IMG/VR virus record: IMGVR_UViG_3300033073_000243
Location: 20,600 to 84,599 of that record
Reading direction: 5' to 3' (one strand)
DNA length: 64,000 bases
Source of the DNA: a virus
Lineage: Duplodnaviria; Caudoviricetes
Below are positions 46,464 through 56,636 of this stretch, piece after piece. Positions within the stretch are counted from its first letter, which is position 1; the number at the start of each line of letters is the position of its first letter. A program made the position numbers and the translations under genes. A model generated the notes under the pieces. The model ran no database searches. It had not been told where the DNA came from and saw only the letters and a program-made list of their open reading frames with translations.

Positions 46464-47642
46464 TCACTTAAATTGTTCGCTAAATGCATCGTACTTAGAT
46501 CCGCAAATCTTTGCACACATTGCACTTTTACCTTCTGCACAGCTTGGCTTATTCCAACTCTCGGGAATTACCTTTTGGAAAAAGTCACCATTAACAATTT
46601 CTTCTATACTGTGATTCTTTGCATTTAAATTATCAATACCAACTTGATCTATAAAATCCCAAATCTGTGCACCTTTTGGCTTGTAATACCAAATGTACAT
46701 TTGTCCTGCTGTCCAACAGCAAGGCTGCAATACACCTTCTGCTGTTACATATAAGTTCTTTTCTTTAGCAACTTTACAATTGATAACTGCTTCGTCCCAT
46801 ACTTTTTCCATGGGCTTTTTCTTTTCTGGATCTAAAGAAAACTTCTGTGTACCTTGAATTAAATGTAAATTCTCAGAACTGATAATTGTATCGACTGTAA
46901 TAGCATTTGCAGTATTCTTAATAGCCGCAACACTTGCTAACTTATCTAATGCCGCATTGCGATACTTTGGATTCTGCGGTGCTTGTAACAATGTAGTGTT
47001 TTCTTTTCTACTTTGTGCTTGATGCTCTGCTTTAACTGCCCCTTGCGAATTACTGAAGAATCTAGCAGACTTCTTAAACTGAAACTGCTCAAACCCCATT
47101 TGTTTTGATAAAGCTTCTGCTTCTTCTACTTGATGCTCGTTATGTGCGAATACAATAAAGTCCCAACGAGCTCTACCGCCTGCTCCAATGAATGCTTCAA
47201 CATTACGCTTAATGTTTTTCCATACTGTGCCTTGACGATAGAAGTGATTAGTATCTTCAAGTCCGTCTAAGCCAAACACAACATAACCTTTACGTCCGAT
47301 AACTTGTGCAAGTTCAGCCCACCATTCAGGTTTTTTCATAGATCCATTGGTATGCATACTTAAAAAGATATCAGGATTATGTTCCCTGAAGTACGCAAAT
47401 ACTTCTAAAGTATCACTTGCAACTGCTGGATCACCATAATTGCCACAAAGATAAAGACGTTTTAGCTGCTTAACAAAATCAACAGGAAACATCTTTTCAA
47501 TGTCTGCTATTGTTAATTCTCTATTGTTTAGATATGGATTTGGCTCACCGCCATTAAGATTACGAGCACACATAGGACAAGAAGCATTGCAAGCTTCTGT
47601 CATTTCTAAATGCACTACTTCGATTTCGTTGTAATTATACAC
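46464..47642 (-). CDS. radical SAM enzyme with a C-terminal SPASM-like region
   Basis: HLEMTEACNASCPMC, CGNYGDP, GLDGLEDTN, GVLQPCC...CAKIC. Confidence 0.9.
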   Translation of the reverse strand: MYNYNEIEVVHLEMTEACNASCPMCARNLNGGEPNPYLNNRELTIADIEKMFPVDFVKQLKRLYLCGNYGDPAVASDTLEVFAYFREHNPDIFLSMHTNGSMKKPEWWAELAQVIGRKGYVVFGLDGLEDTNHFYRQGTVWKNIKRNVEAFIGAGGRARWDFIVFAHNEHQVEEAEALSKQMGFEQFQFKKSARFFSNSQGAVKAEHQAQSRKENTTLLQAPQNPKYRNAALDKLASVAAIKNTANAITVDTIISSENLHLIQGTQKFSLDPEKKKPMEKVWDEAVINCKVAKEKNLYVTAEGVLQPCCWTAGQMYIWYYKPKGAQIWDFIDQVGIDNLNAKNHSIEEIVNGDFFQKVIPESWNKPSCAEGKSAMCAKICGSKYDAFSEQFK

Positions 47643-48309
47643 CTAACCAACCTTTAAATTGTTCTTCTAACCAAGCAAAGTCATTTACTTTATTTGCATC
47701 ATTTCCATTTTGAACATACTTAATTCCAGCTCTAGCACCATGAATACTAAAATAACCATATTGCGTTTCATTGCCAGCTTCACACCACATTGTTAAACGC
47801 TCTTTGCTTTCAGTATCATTATTGTTTTTATTGATACCTGCACTTAATTTAACTGCTTCGCGAAACGCTGTTCGCCATGTTGCGTATGGACTGTAATTGA
47901 ATCTATGCTCACTAGCTAATATATTTACTTTGATATAAGAATCAGCCAATGTAGTGGTCATATCTGGTCTATCTAAACGCTCTACGCTGAAACAATCTTT
48001 GCTGAATAGTTTGATTCCGCCGTGCCCATATACTAAACCATTGACTGGATTCTTTGCGCGGAATACTGCTACACTGCGTGGCTTTAGATCTATTTGTTTA
48101 TCAAAGTTAAAACTCTCCACAATCCAGCAATCAGCATCTACTACATAGAATCTATCTTCTTGGCACATATTTGCAATATGCTTATGACTTTCGAATATAG
48201 TTCCTACTGCTTCGACTGCAATAGCATCTTTTGTTTTTTGATTTAAGCGAAACCAATTGTCTTGCATATTGTCTTCGCCGTTATGTAAAAAGTAAACTGG
48301 TATTGTCAT
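47635..48309 (-). CDS. glycosyltransferase-like protein (GT-A-type DxD), paralog 1
   Basis: FYVVDADC, NPVNGLVYGHGGIKLF, TWRTAFREAVKL; start MTIP at 48309. Confidence 0.65.
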   Translation of the reverse strand: MTIPVYFLHNGEDNMQDNWFRLNQKTKDAIAVEAVGTIFESHKHIANMCQEDRFYVVDADCWIVESFNFDKQIDLKPRSVAVFRAKNPVNGLVYGHGGIKLFSKDCFSVERLDRPDMTTTLADSYIKVNILASEHRFNYSPYATWRTAFREAVKLSAGINKNNNDTESKERLTMWCEAGNETQYGYFSIHGARAGIKYVQNGNDANKVNDFAWLEEQFKGWLGV

Positions 48310-48310
48310 A

Positions 48311-49261
48311 TTAAAATCTCGGTAATGTAAATCCATACAAAGGCAATGCGCTTTGACTTAAAATACTTGGCCAGCCAAAGTTGCGTGGAGGATTTACATT
48401 AACATGTTTGAACCAACGACTTTGATCTGCATCTAATTCTACTAGCGGCAAGTTCAGTCGTTCCACTAATACTTTTAAAATCCTATTACTAGATTCTGCG
48501 GGATCAGAAATAGAATGTTCAATATCTTTCCAGAAACCATTGAACCAATCATAATCGCTGATTAATGTTTGATCGAAGTTTTCGATGTATAGTTTATATG
48601 CACCTAAACGAGCGCCATACATTGCCCAGTCGCCATTTTGTACATCACGACCCACTGTCATCCATATTAGCCAACGAGCATAGTTTCCTGGGAATAGTTT
48701 GTGATTAAAGTCTTCTACATTAACTTTATGTCCTTGATCTAGACCCATTTTAACGCCTTCACGAAAACCCGCCCTAAATGCTTGAAACGGACTGCTATTA
48801 TTCATAACTGTTCCGTATGTATTGTTCATTTGTTTGTAGTTTTCAAAGTCCCAACAGAAGTCCACATTATTGTTATTATCATCTTTACTTGCGGCTTCAT
48901 GTGTTTGCATATTCATAACATACGGAGCATGCCATAACTTAATGCCTCCATTACCGTATACTAAGCCGTTGACAATGTTGCGACTGCTCCAACTGAATGT
49001 ACATTCTTTCTCTGCGAATGGAACTTCAATTTGTTGCTTCCATATGGCAGGATTGACTAGACAATCAGCATCTACTGTAAAGAAACGATCATCTTTGGCG
49101 AAAGCGGCACATGCTTTATGAGCCGCATCAAACCCTTTAACTCCATGTACTCTGTTGACCATTTTCTTGTTAGGATGACTTGCTAATAGCTTGTCGTAAT
49201 TTTCGTCAGCATTAGGTTCATCAAAACTTAAAAAGACAACAGGGATTTCCCTGAGCTTCAT
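48311..49261 (-). CDS. glycosyltransferase-like protein, paralog 2
   Basis: FLSFDEPNA, FTVDADC, NGLVYGNGGIKLW, AFRAGFREGVKM; start uncertain. Confidence 0.65.
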   Translation of the reverse strand: MKLREIPVVFLSFDEPNADENYDKLLASHPNKKMVNRVHGVKGFDAAHKACAAFAKDDRFFTVDADCLVNPAIWKQQIEVPFAEKECTFSWSSRNIVNGLVYGNGGIKLWHAPYVMNMQTHEAASKDDNNNNVDFCWDFENYKQMNNTYGTVMNNSSPFQAFRAGFREGVKMGLDQGHKVNVEDFNHKLFPGNYARWLIWMTVGRDVQNGDWAMYGARLGAYKLYIENFDQTLISDYDWFNGFWKDIEHSISDPAESSNRILKVLVERLNLPLVELDADQSRWFKHVNVNPPRNFGWPSILSQSALPLYGFTLPRF

Positions 49262-49292
49262 TGTTATTGTTTTAGATTGTGTTTGTACATTT

Positions 49293-51080
49293 TTAGAGTT
49301 GAAAGAATTTAGTAAACTCATTTTTCATCCATTCGAAATCGTTAATCTTTTTCATCATTTCAACATCGTTGAAATGTTGTAAACCATAATTAGTTCCCAA
49401 TTTTGCACCATGCAAAGCATAGGTTCCAAAAGGTTTGTCCTCGCCTACTGAATTCCATATACGCAAGCGTTCTTCTGTTTCTGCAAATTGATATTGATTC
49501 ATATGCAAACTGGCACTTAACTTAGCACATTCCCTAAATGCACTTCTCCATGTGTTAAATGGATCTGTGTTGAATGCCGTTACATTACTTACTTTGTGAT
49601 AAAATGCTAATGGACCTAGACCCGTTGTTAAGTCAATGTTCCATGTTTCGGCATCTAATAACACTTGGCGAGGGAATAATTTAACTCCACCGTAACCATA
49701 TTCTAAATCATTGATAGGATTTAAACTTGTCCATAGATGTACACAATTCATTTGGAATATAGGAGGAACAAAGTCAAAGTTAAAGTCATCTACAATTTCA
49801 GCATCGCCGTCAACTACATAGAACATTTCTGTAGTTGCAAGCTGTGCGGCTTGTTTGTGTGCTTCAAAAATACCTTTAACATTCTTAACTCGTTTAGCAA
49901 AAGGAAAACGCTCTTTAAGTATTTGCCAATTAGCTTCAGCGTTAGGCTCATGATAGCTAATAAACACAACATCAAATTGATTATGCTTAACGCCAATATT
50001 GCCCATATCCTTTACACCTAAACTAAATGCGTTAGGAATAATTTTAGCGGCCCAAATTCGTTCAGCATCAGAGTGCAAATCGTCTGGCAAATACCAAACA
50101 TGCTCATAACCCAAGTCATAATAAGGAACCGTGCTATCTACATAGTAATCTAGTCTAGCAGGCAAGTCGGGGTTGAATGTTACTTTAGGACTTACATATC
50201 CCACATCCTTAACATTCTCCTCATTGTATTTAGACTTAATCTTTACTGCCCATATCTTATCGTCCGATGGATTAAATTGCGGATCTAGATACCACACCAA
50301 ATCGTATACTAAATCATAGTAAGGAATAATGTCGTCACTAAAGTGAAAATCTACATCCGGGATATCAGGATTCTTAATAAAGGAAGGAGCAACATATCCG
50401 CGATCTTTTGTACCTTCACTTACTTTAGGTTTTAATTTTGCTAGCCAAATCTTCTTACCAAATGGATTAAACTTATTGTCTAAGTACCAGATGTTTTCAT
50501 ATTTTAAATCGTAATAAGGAACCGCAAATGTAGAATCAAATTCTACTTGTGGAATGTCGGGATTGAACTCTAGTTCAGGGAGTGATCCTTCTATAGGTTT
50601 AACATAACCTCTTTTTTTAGATCCTTTAATTTGCACATACGGGAATCTAACTTTAGCAACCCAAGGACGGGCAGCATCTGGATCTAAACTAGGATGCAAG
50701 TAATAGACATATTCATACATTGCATCATCAAATTCCAATGTTTTGTCAATGTCAAACTCTAAGAAGCTTAATGCCGCATTGTATTCTACTTCTGGCTTAA
50801 GGTCAATTTCACAATCAACTAATGCCCAACCTGCTGTTGGATTCCAAGTGGATTTAAATTTCTTAACAATCCAAGTTTGATTTATATTCCAAATTAAACA
50901 TCTGTCATCTGACACAATGTCAGTATCAACATAATTTAAAATCCATGGATCATATTTTGGATTTACAACAATAAATTCGTCGTATTCATTTGATCCTAAC
51001 GCACATAGTCGTTGATCGAATGTATCAGGATCATCTTCCCATTTGACAGTTTCTACTAATTGTTTTGCTATTTTGTTCAT
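49293..51080 (-). CDS. glycosyltransferase-like protein, paralog 3, with four N-terminal ~65-aa repeats
   Basis: C-terminal FISYHEPNA...FYVVDGDA...YGYGGVKLFP...TWRSAFRECAKL. Confidence 0.65.
   Translation of the reverse strand: MNKIAKQLVETVKWEDDPDTFDQRLCALGSNEYDEFIVVNPKYDPWILNYVDTDIVSDDRCLIWNINQTWIVKKFKSTWNPTAGWALVDCEIDLKPEVEYNAALSFLEFDIDKTLEFDDAMYEYVYYLHPSLDPDAARPWVAKVRFPYVQIKGSKKRGYVKPIEGSLPELEFNPDIPQVEFDSTFAVPYYDLKYENIWYLDNKFNPFGKKIWLAKLKPKVSEGTKDRGYVAPSFIKNPDIPDVDFHFSDDIIPYYDLVYDLVWYLDPQFNPSDDKIWAVKIKSKYNEENVKDVGYVSPKVTFNPDLPARLDYYVDSTVPYYDLGYEHVWYLPDDLHSDAERIWAAKIIPNAFSLGVKDMGNIGVKHNQFDVVFISYHEPNAEANWQILKERFPFAKRVKNVKGIFEAHKQAAQLATTEMFYVVDGDAEIVDDFNFDFVPPIFQMNCVHLWTSLNPINDLEYGYGGVKLFPRQVLLDAETWNIDLTTGLGPLAFYHKVSNVTAFNTDPFNTWRSAFRECAKLSASLHMNQYQFAETEERLRIWNSVGEDKPFGTYALHGAKLGTNYGLQHFNDVEMMKKINDFEWMKNEFTKFFQL
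49992..50795 (-). repeat. four tandem ~65-aa protein repeats (NPDIP...PYYDLxYxxxWYL...KIWxxK...KDxGYVxP)
   Basis: Residues ~96-363 of the 595-aa ORF align by eye. Confidence 0.8.
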
Positions 51081-52549
51081 GTAATTACTGGTACATTGTA
51101 TTTCTCTGTAAATGCACGAGCGTGAGAAATATCATTGACCATTGGTTGTCCTTTAATGTTCAAACTTGTGTTTAATAACATTGGACATCCTGTTTCTGCA
51201 TACCAATTTTCCAGTAATTTGCGGAATCCAGGACTATCATCTTTACTAACTGTTTGAACGCGACTCGTGCCATCTCCATGTATTATAGCAGGAAACAACT
51301 CAGGTTGTCTACACTTTGCCACAAATTGCATATACGGACTTGCCGTAATTCCCTGGGGCATTTCAAAATATTCATGAACATGCTCTTCTAAGATTGCGGG
51401 TGCGAATGGTCTGAATTTTTGTCTGCGTTTGATTGCGTTAACTGTGTCTTTGATTTCGGGTCCTCGGGGATCTGCCAATAAACTGCGGTGGCCCAATGCT
51501 CTAGGGCCGTACTCTGCATGTCCTGTAGCCACTCCGACGATTTTATCTTTTCTAAGAATTTCAATAGCTTGTTCAACTGGATACTCTCCTCCCATATTGG
51601 TGCCTAAATATGCTCCTGGCCAAACAACATGCTCGCCAAAATATCCGCATACTGCACCCACAGCACTACCGGCATCGCCCGGATTAGGCATAATCCACAT
51701 GTTATCCCAATCTCCGCTAATGCTACTGTTTGCCACACAATTAAGAGCACATCCGCCCATTAACACTAAGTTCTTGCTAGGCAAAGTCTTTCTAGCCCAC
51801 TTGCTTATACCTTGCAATAGCTCTTCATAAATTGCTTGTGTAGCGGCTGCAATGTCGAAACTGTCTTGTTGACTTAATAAATCTAAACGCCAATCAGGAC
51901 AACCACGATGCAAATTGCGTTTAAACTTAATTTCAGGACCATTTATACTGGCAAAGAAATCATTGTATATTGCATCTTTGTATTTGTTGGGATCACCATA
52001 AGCTGCCATTCCCATTAGAATGTATTCTTCTTCATTTGGCTTTAATCCGATACGCTGTGTCATTGCAGAAAACCACAATCCAACACTGTCAGGATAACTT
52101 TGACTAAATGAACGCTTTAACTCTTTACCTATACCTTGCCAAACAGTTAATGTTTCAAATTCGCCTATACTATCAACAACAATTACTGTAGCATCTGTGA
52201 ATTTACTGGTGTAATATCCTGCGGCAGCATGAGATTTATGATGTTCCCCATAAACAACTGGCGCATTGATATTGTACTTTGCTAAGTATTCTTCGATATT
52301 GTTAGCAACTGCCATATCACCTTGACCGGCATACTTTTGACGAATTGTTTTTAAGCGTGGATTCTCATACCAAACAACTAAGTCCGGCTGACCAAATGTA
52401 TTAGCTTCTTCTATAATGCCAGAACATAAATGTCCGTCATTCTTAATGCCGCTATACCGCTCACTATGTGCTGCGAACTTTATTTCTTTATCATGCCAAA
52501 CACTGATGGCAGCATCATGACTGTTGGCACTTATTCCCCAAATGTTCAT
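51077..52549 (-). CDS. carbamoyltransferase (NodU/CmcH family)
   Basis: HDAA, HHKSHAAA, VVDSIGE, GGCALNCVAN, PGDAG, GPRALGHRS, RPFAP, LNTSLN. Confidence 0.93.
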   Translation of the reverse strand: MNIWGISANSHDAAISVWHDKEIKFAAHSERYSGIKNDGHLCSGIIEEANTFGQPDLVVWYENPRLKTIRQKYAGQGDMAVANNIEEYLAKYNINAPVVYGEHHKSHAAAGYYTSKFTDATVIVVDSIGEFETLTVWQGIGKELKRSFSQSYPDSVGLWFSAMTQRIGLKPNEEEYILMGMAAYGDPNKYKDAIYNDFFASINGPEIKFKRNLHRGCPDWRLDLLSQQDSFDIAAATQAIYEELLQGISKWARKTLPSKNLVLMGGCALNCVANSSISGDWDNMWIMPNPGDAGSAVGAVCGYFGEHVVWPGAYLGTNMGGEYPVEQAIEILRKDKIVGVATGHAEYGPRALGHRSLLADPRGPEIKDTVNAIKRRQKFRPFAPAILEEHVHEYFEMPQGITASPYMQFVAKCRQPELFPAIIHGDGTSRVQTVSKDDSPGFRKLLENWYAETGCPMLLNTSLNIKGQPMVNDISHARAFTEKYNVPVIT

Positions 52550-52550
52550 A

Positions 52551-53621
52551 TTATCTATAAATGAAAGGATCGCGGCGTCGTAGTTCTTCTAAACGCTGTT
52601 TCAATTTTCTTTGAAACTCTGCTTCTTCTGCATCGTAATCTTTGTCAAATACTTTATAGGAATTTAACAAGTTGTCAATACGATTCTTTAACTCTGCATT
52701 AAAAGCATTTTTATCAATTGCAGAAAGAATTGCTTTATATTCATCACTGTTATAACAGTAATGCCCGCTTACACTTACTGCAACATCTTTATCAGCATTG
52801 CCATTTGTCCAGCGTTGCCACTTGTTTTGTGCATATACATAATCGGCAAACTTATTCCAAAGATCAATTGGAGCTAACTCTTTTAACAAATCAGTTTGAA
52901 TTTTACCTAATTGCGGAGCAATGTTTAAACTATCAATACCTGCTTCTACACGATTCTTTAAATCCTGCTCAGTAAAGTAATCTGCATTGTGTTCTTTGAA
53001 TAAGAAACCGGCATTTTTAATGTGAGCCGCAACTTGTTTGTTTTGCTCTACATTGAAAGTACCTACTTGGTTATCTTTAGTTAAACTTCCTGTTTGTGTT
53101 ACAAAAAACTTAACATTATCCTTGTATTTAGATAAGAAAACTAACTGCTCGTTTACTCTGCTTAAACTATCTTCTACATTAGTCCCAGTGTTTTCTTCAC
53201 TACCGAACTCTAATTTCATATCTGGCTTAATGCTTAATGTAAAGTCAATTAGTTCTGTAGCGTATTGCAATTGATTCTCAGGAATTTTACTTACATCAAT
53301 ATGAATAAGATCCATTCCTGATGCTATATCATTTTGAATTGTTTGCTTTGTTCTAACCATTGCATCTGCTAATGACAAGTCTTTATCAGCATCGCAGAAA
53401 TATGGGCCGCAATGATCTCTACATACTAGTAGATTATCGTTTCTATACTGAGCAACTGTATCTAATAGCTCTTTTGTAGTGCAGACATAGCCAGAATCGT
53501 AGTCAACTTGATTGCGACTAGCAATAATCATCAGCGGGTAGTTGTTTTCTTTTGTATGTTGAGCAAGTATTTCGATTATTTCCTTGCTCATAGGACCAAA
53601 GCCTAATTTAAATTGTTTCAT
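52551..53621 (-). CDS. GatZ/KbaZ-like (tagatose aldolase/epimerase-like) TIM-barrel protein
   Basis: IASRNQVD, RDHCGP, IHID, KEHNADY, NIAPQLG. Confidence 0.65.
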   Translation of the reverse strand: MKQFKLGFGPMSKEIIEILAQHTKENNYPLMIIASRNQVDYDSGYVCTTKELLDTVAQYRNDNLLVCRDHCGPYFCDADKDLSLADAMVRTKQTIQNDIASGMDLIHIDVSKIPENQLQYATELIDFTLSIKPDMKLEFGSEENTGTNVEDSLSRVNEQLVFLSKYKDNVKFFVTQTGSLTKDNQVGTFNVEQNKQVAAHIKNAGFLFKEHNADYFTEQDLKNRVEAGIDSLNIAPQLGKIQTDLLKELAPIDLWNKFADYVYAQNKWQRWTNGNADKDVAVSVSGHYCYNSDEYKAILSAIDKNAFNAELKNRIDNLLNSYKVFDKDYDAEEAEFQRKLKQRLEELRRRDPFIYR

Positions 53622-54349
53622 TGTTGTTCACTTTCGAATTTGTCAAATACTGCGGGATCGGGTTTGATCCCTGTGTAAATTTCAAATTGAGTTAAGAATT
53701 GTTGTTTATAAAATTCTCTACCAGGCAAGTATTTAATGTTATGTGCCTTACATTGTGCTTGCAATTCGTTTTCCTTAATAGCCAAATCAATTACCAAGCG
53801 AACATTTGGATGCATTTGACCTGGCAAATATGGACTTTCTGAAGTACTTGTGCCCAACGCTGTACAGTTAATAACTACATCAGCTTCCTTAAATCTGTTT
53901 TGCCATGTGTTTAAACTTCTAGCACATACATTTAACAGTGGATAATGGCTTTCTTCCAAATACTTAATAAACATAGATGCAATTGCACCTGCACCTAAAA
54001 TAGTTATTTTATCATTTGGGAGTATATTTTTACATGCCCATTCAACTCCTGCAATATCAGCATTGTATCCTTTTATAGTATCTTCTTCAATAGTAACAGT
54101 ATTGCAACTATTATACAATTGAACATAGGCGCTTTGTTTATTAAGATGTTTGATAATACTTTGTTTAAATGGCATACTAACGCTAATGCCAGACACGCCT
54201 TCATTTAGTGCATCGTTTAAACTTTGTTCAACATTATCTGTTCCACGCGGTTCGTATGTAGCATCTATATTGTAGTGATTAAAAAACTTTGTATAAAAGT
54301 ATTCTCCCGTTTTGCCGGGGAATTTACTGATACTAATGTACTTTTTCAT
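53618..54349 (-). CDS. shikimate dehydrogenase-like oxidoreductase
   Basis: SVSMPFK, SCNT, GYNAD, ILGAGA, VINCT. Confidence 0.8.
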   Translation of the reverse strand: MKKYISISKFPGKTGEYFYTKFFNHYNIDATYEPRGTDNVEQSLNDALNEGVSGISVSMPFKQSIIKHLNKQSAYVQLYNSCNTVTIEEDTIKGYNADIAGVEWACKNILPNDKITILGAGAIASMFIKYLEESHYPLLNVCARSLNTWQNRFKEADVVINCTALGTSTSESPYLPGQMHPNVRLVIDLAIKENELQAQCKAHNIKYLPGREFYKQQFLTQFEIYTGIKPDPAVFDKFESEQQ

Positions 54350-54678
54350 TTCTTGTATGCCTTTATTCTTGTTATTTTGCCAGCGGCATTAAATGTAATT
54401 CTATCCTGAACTTCAACAGTTATAGTATTATCAATTAAAATAGAAATATCAGCCATTACATAATCTTCTGAGATATTTGCCAATCCAGTAACTGTAATAT
54501 CAATTGTAGATATACTGTCAAAGAATTGTCGGTTATGCGCTAATATTTCTTTTTTACCTGTTATATCTATTTCCCAGTCTTTTACTTGTGCGTTATCGTC
54601 AAACATTTCGGATAGTTTATTAATATCTTTATTACTAAATGCTTGGAAATATTCTTTTACTTGTTTCCTTCTAGCCAC
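54346..54678 (-). CDS. SnoaL/NTF2-like protein
   Basis: YFQAFSNKDINKLSEMF...GKKEI...ITFNAAGKITRI. Confidence 0.75.
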   Translation of the reverse strand: MARRKQVKEYFQAFSNKDINKLSEMFDDNAQVKDWEIDITGKKEILAHNRQFFDSISTIDITVTGLANISEDYVMADISILIDNTITVEVQDRITFNAAGKITRIKAYKK

Positions 54679-56203
54679 GATCTAATTCCTCAAACAACTT
54701 AATGCCTAAGTACCAAAGGAATAAATCAAACGGCGCTGTGTGTAATGGTGCCATATTCCAAAAGATAATAGGTATTAGTTGCTGTACTTTCTTATAATCT
54801 AACCCTTGTTTCTTAACATATTCTTTTAACTTGCGCTGATATACAGTAATGTGATCTACATTTGGAACACTTAATGTAACTGCATGATTATCTATTTCGA
54901 TATTAAAATTGTGATCTTTAATGTTAGCGTAGTTAATTATAAACCCGCCGGCCATTTTAGCCAAGTCATAATAGATATCACCATATTCGACTATACCTGC
55001 AAATTCGTGTCTCCAATCAATAATCTTGAACTCACCTGAAGAGTTAATTACAACATTATCAAATTGTAAATCACCGTGAATAAATCCCGGGCGACATGTT
55101 TTACTTAGATATTCCCAATCAATGTTATCTAAATAATGTCTATAGTCTTTAACCGCAACTCCATTAACGCTGTGTACTGGTTCTAAGTTAGGGTATTTTT
55201 CTAGAAACTTATTAATGCGTAGTAGGCTTTTTGTTTTATAAAACTCCACTGCGGCTGATGTTATATCGGTATTAGTTTCATGCCAAACATTTTCTTCCAG
55301 CCATTCTAATAAAGCAGTAAATGCTATTGGATTATTAAATTGATAAAGAGTTTTACCCGGCCAAAAATCGTAAGCCATATAGTTTCCACTATGCATAACA
55401 TTGGGAGGAAATACTGTTGGATTAACTGTTGTCTTGTGATATTTCTTTTCAGCTATACTAGCATCTAACCACCATTTGACTACACGATTATTAACAATAT
55501 AAGTTACTTCGTCTGTTTTACTAAAATCAAACTTTTGACTTTTACTTAACTCGGTTTGATATATTTCTGGATTGCCAAAGTCTTTCCAAGTTACTAAACC
55601 GGCAGTATCTGCGCCTTTGCGTATAATGTGAATAAACTCGTTGCTTTTTAATTTGTTTAAGTCTGCCCAGAATGTTTTATAATCATCAATATACATTAGA
55701 CCCGTAAATGCCATCCAATCTTCTGGAGTATGCTTTTTAAACACAACATCTTTAATAGTAAAGTCATTATCTACTTCAAACATTGTATAGAGGTTAGTGT
55801 CCTTTTCAGGAACATGTTTAACAAAATAGCAATCGTTATTGCCTATTTTATCAATAATAGATTCATTAAAGTAAGTGTCACAAGGCACATACCAAAATGG
55901 TCCTTGTACATATTGTTGACATTGTTTTAAAGTATAGCCGGTGCCGCTATTATCGCTGATATAGTCGTCAATTTTAACAAATTCAATATCACGATCAGCA
56001 TAAGCTACTGTACAAAAGTCCATTACTTGTTCTGCTAAGTAGCCAACTGGGATAATGAATTTTGTATTTTTTGGAAAGGCATCAATAATATACCCTATAA
56101 CTGGTTTGTCTTTATAGGGTAATAATGCTTTGTTAAGATTTTTAGTAAAGTTTCCCATCCTACTGCCAAGACCAGCAGTAGGTATAATAACTGTATTACT
56201 CAT
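54671..56203 (-). CDS. nucleotidyltransferase fused to an APH/choline-kinase-like phosphotransferase
   Basis: IIPTAGLGSRM...NKALLP; HGDLQFDN...IIDWR...YYDLAK; start MSNT at 56203. Confidence 0.85.
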   Translation of the reverse strand: MSNTVIIPTAGLGSRMGNFTKNLNKALLPYKDKPVIGYIIDAFPKNTKFIIPVGYLAEQVMDFCTVAYADRDIEFVKIDDYISDNSGTGYTLKQCQQYVQGPFWYVPCDTYFNESIIDKIGNNDCYFVKHVPEKDTNLYTMFEVDNDFTIKDVVFKKHTPEDWMAFTGLMYIDDYKTFWADLNKLKSNEFIHIIRKGADTAGLVTWKDFGNPEIYQTELSKSQKFDFSKTDEVTYIVNNRVVKWWLDASIAEKKYHKTTVNPTVFPPNVMHSGNYMAYDFWPGKTLYQFNNPIAFTALLEWLEENVWHETNTDITSAAVEFYKTKSLLRINKFLEKYPNLEPVHSVNGVAVKDYRHYLDNIDWEYLSKTCRPGFIHGDLQFDNVVINSSGEFKIIDWRHEFAGIVEYGDIYYDLAKMAGGFIINYANIKDHNFNIEIDNHAVTLSVPNVDHITVYQRKLKEYVKKQGLDYKKVQQLIPIIFWNMAPLHTAPFDLFLWYLGIKLFEELDRG

Positions 56204-56636
56204 GTTCTGATTGTATTTTTCCGTGTGTACGACCTTGGTCATCATGTAAACGAATAACATCGTCAACATGTTCTGTACTAACTTCGATAAACTCTAAGTC
56301 AGTAGTTGCATAGACTCTATGTGCATATCCAGGTGCCATATCAAATACTGTACCAGGAGTCAATTCAACTAACTCTAGTGTTGCTTCATAATCAGCAACT
56401 TGTTCAGGAGTCATTCCGTTTAGAAGAAAACTATTAAAGTCAAAAGGTTCCTTACTGCGGTACAATTTACCAGTGCCGTTTAGAACATAATTCGTTTCAA
56501 ACTTCTCTGCATGTACTTGTAAACTAGTTCTATTGCCGGCTCTGAATAGGATTCTTTTTAATGCGTAAGGTGTGCGAACACCGTCTGCTATCCATAATTC
56601 ATAACCCCAATGTTTAGAAACTTTTTTTATATCCAT
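56196..56636 (-). CDS. cupin (mannose-6-phosphate isomerase type II C-terminal-like)
   Basis: KHWGYE, TSLQVH...ETNYVLNG, HRV, EVST...DDVIRL. Confidence 0.8.
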   Translation of the reverse strand: MDIKKVSKHWGYELWIADGVRTPYALKRILFRAGNRTSLQVHAEKFETNYVLNGTGKLYRSKEPFDFNSFLLNGMTPEQVADYEATLELVELTPGTVFDMAPGYAHRVYATTDLEFIEVSTEHVDDVIRLHDDQGRTHGKIQSEHE

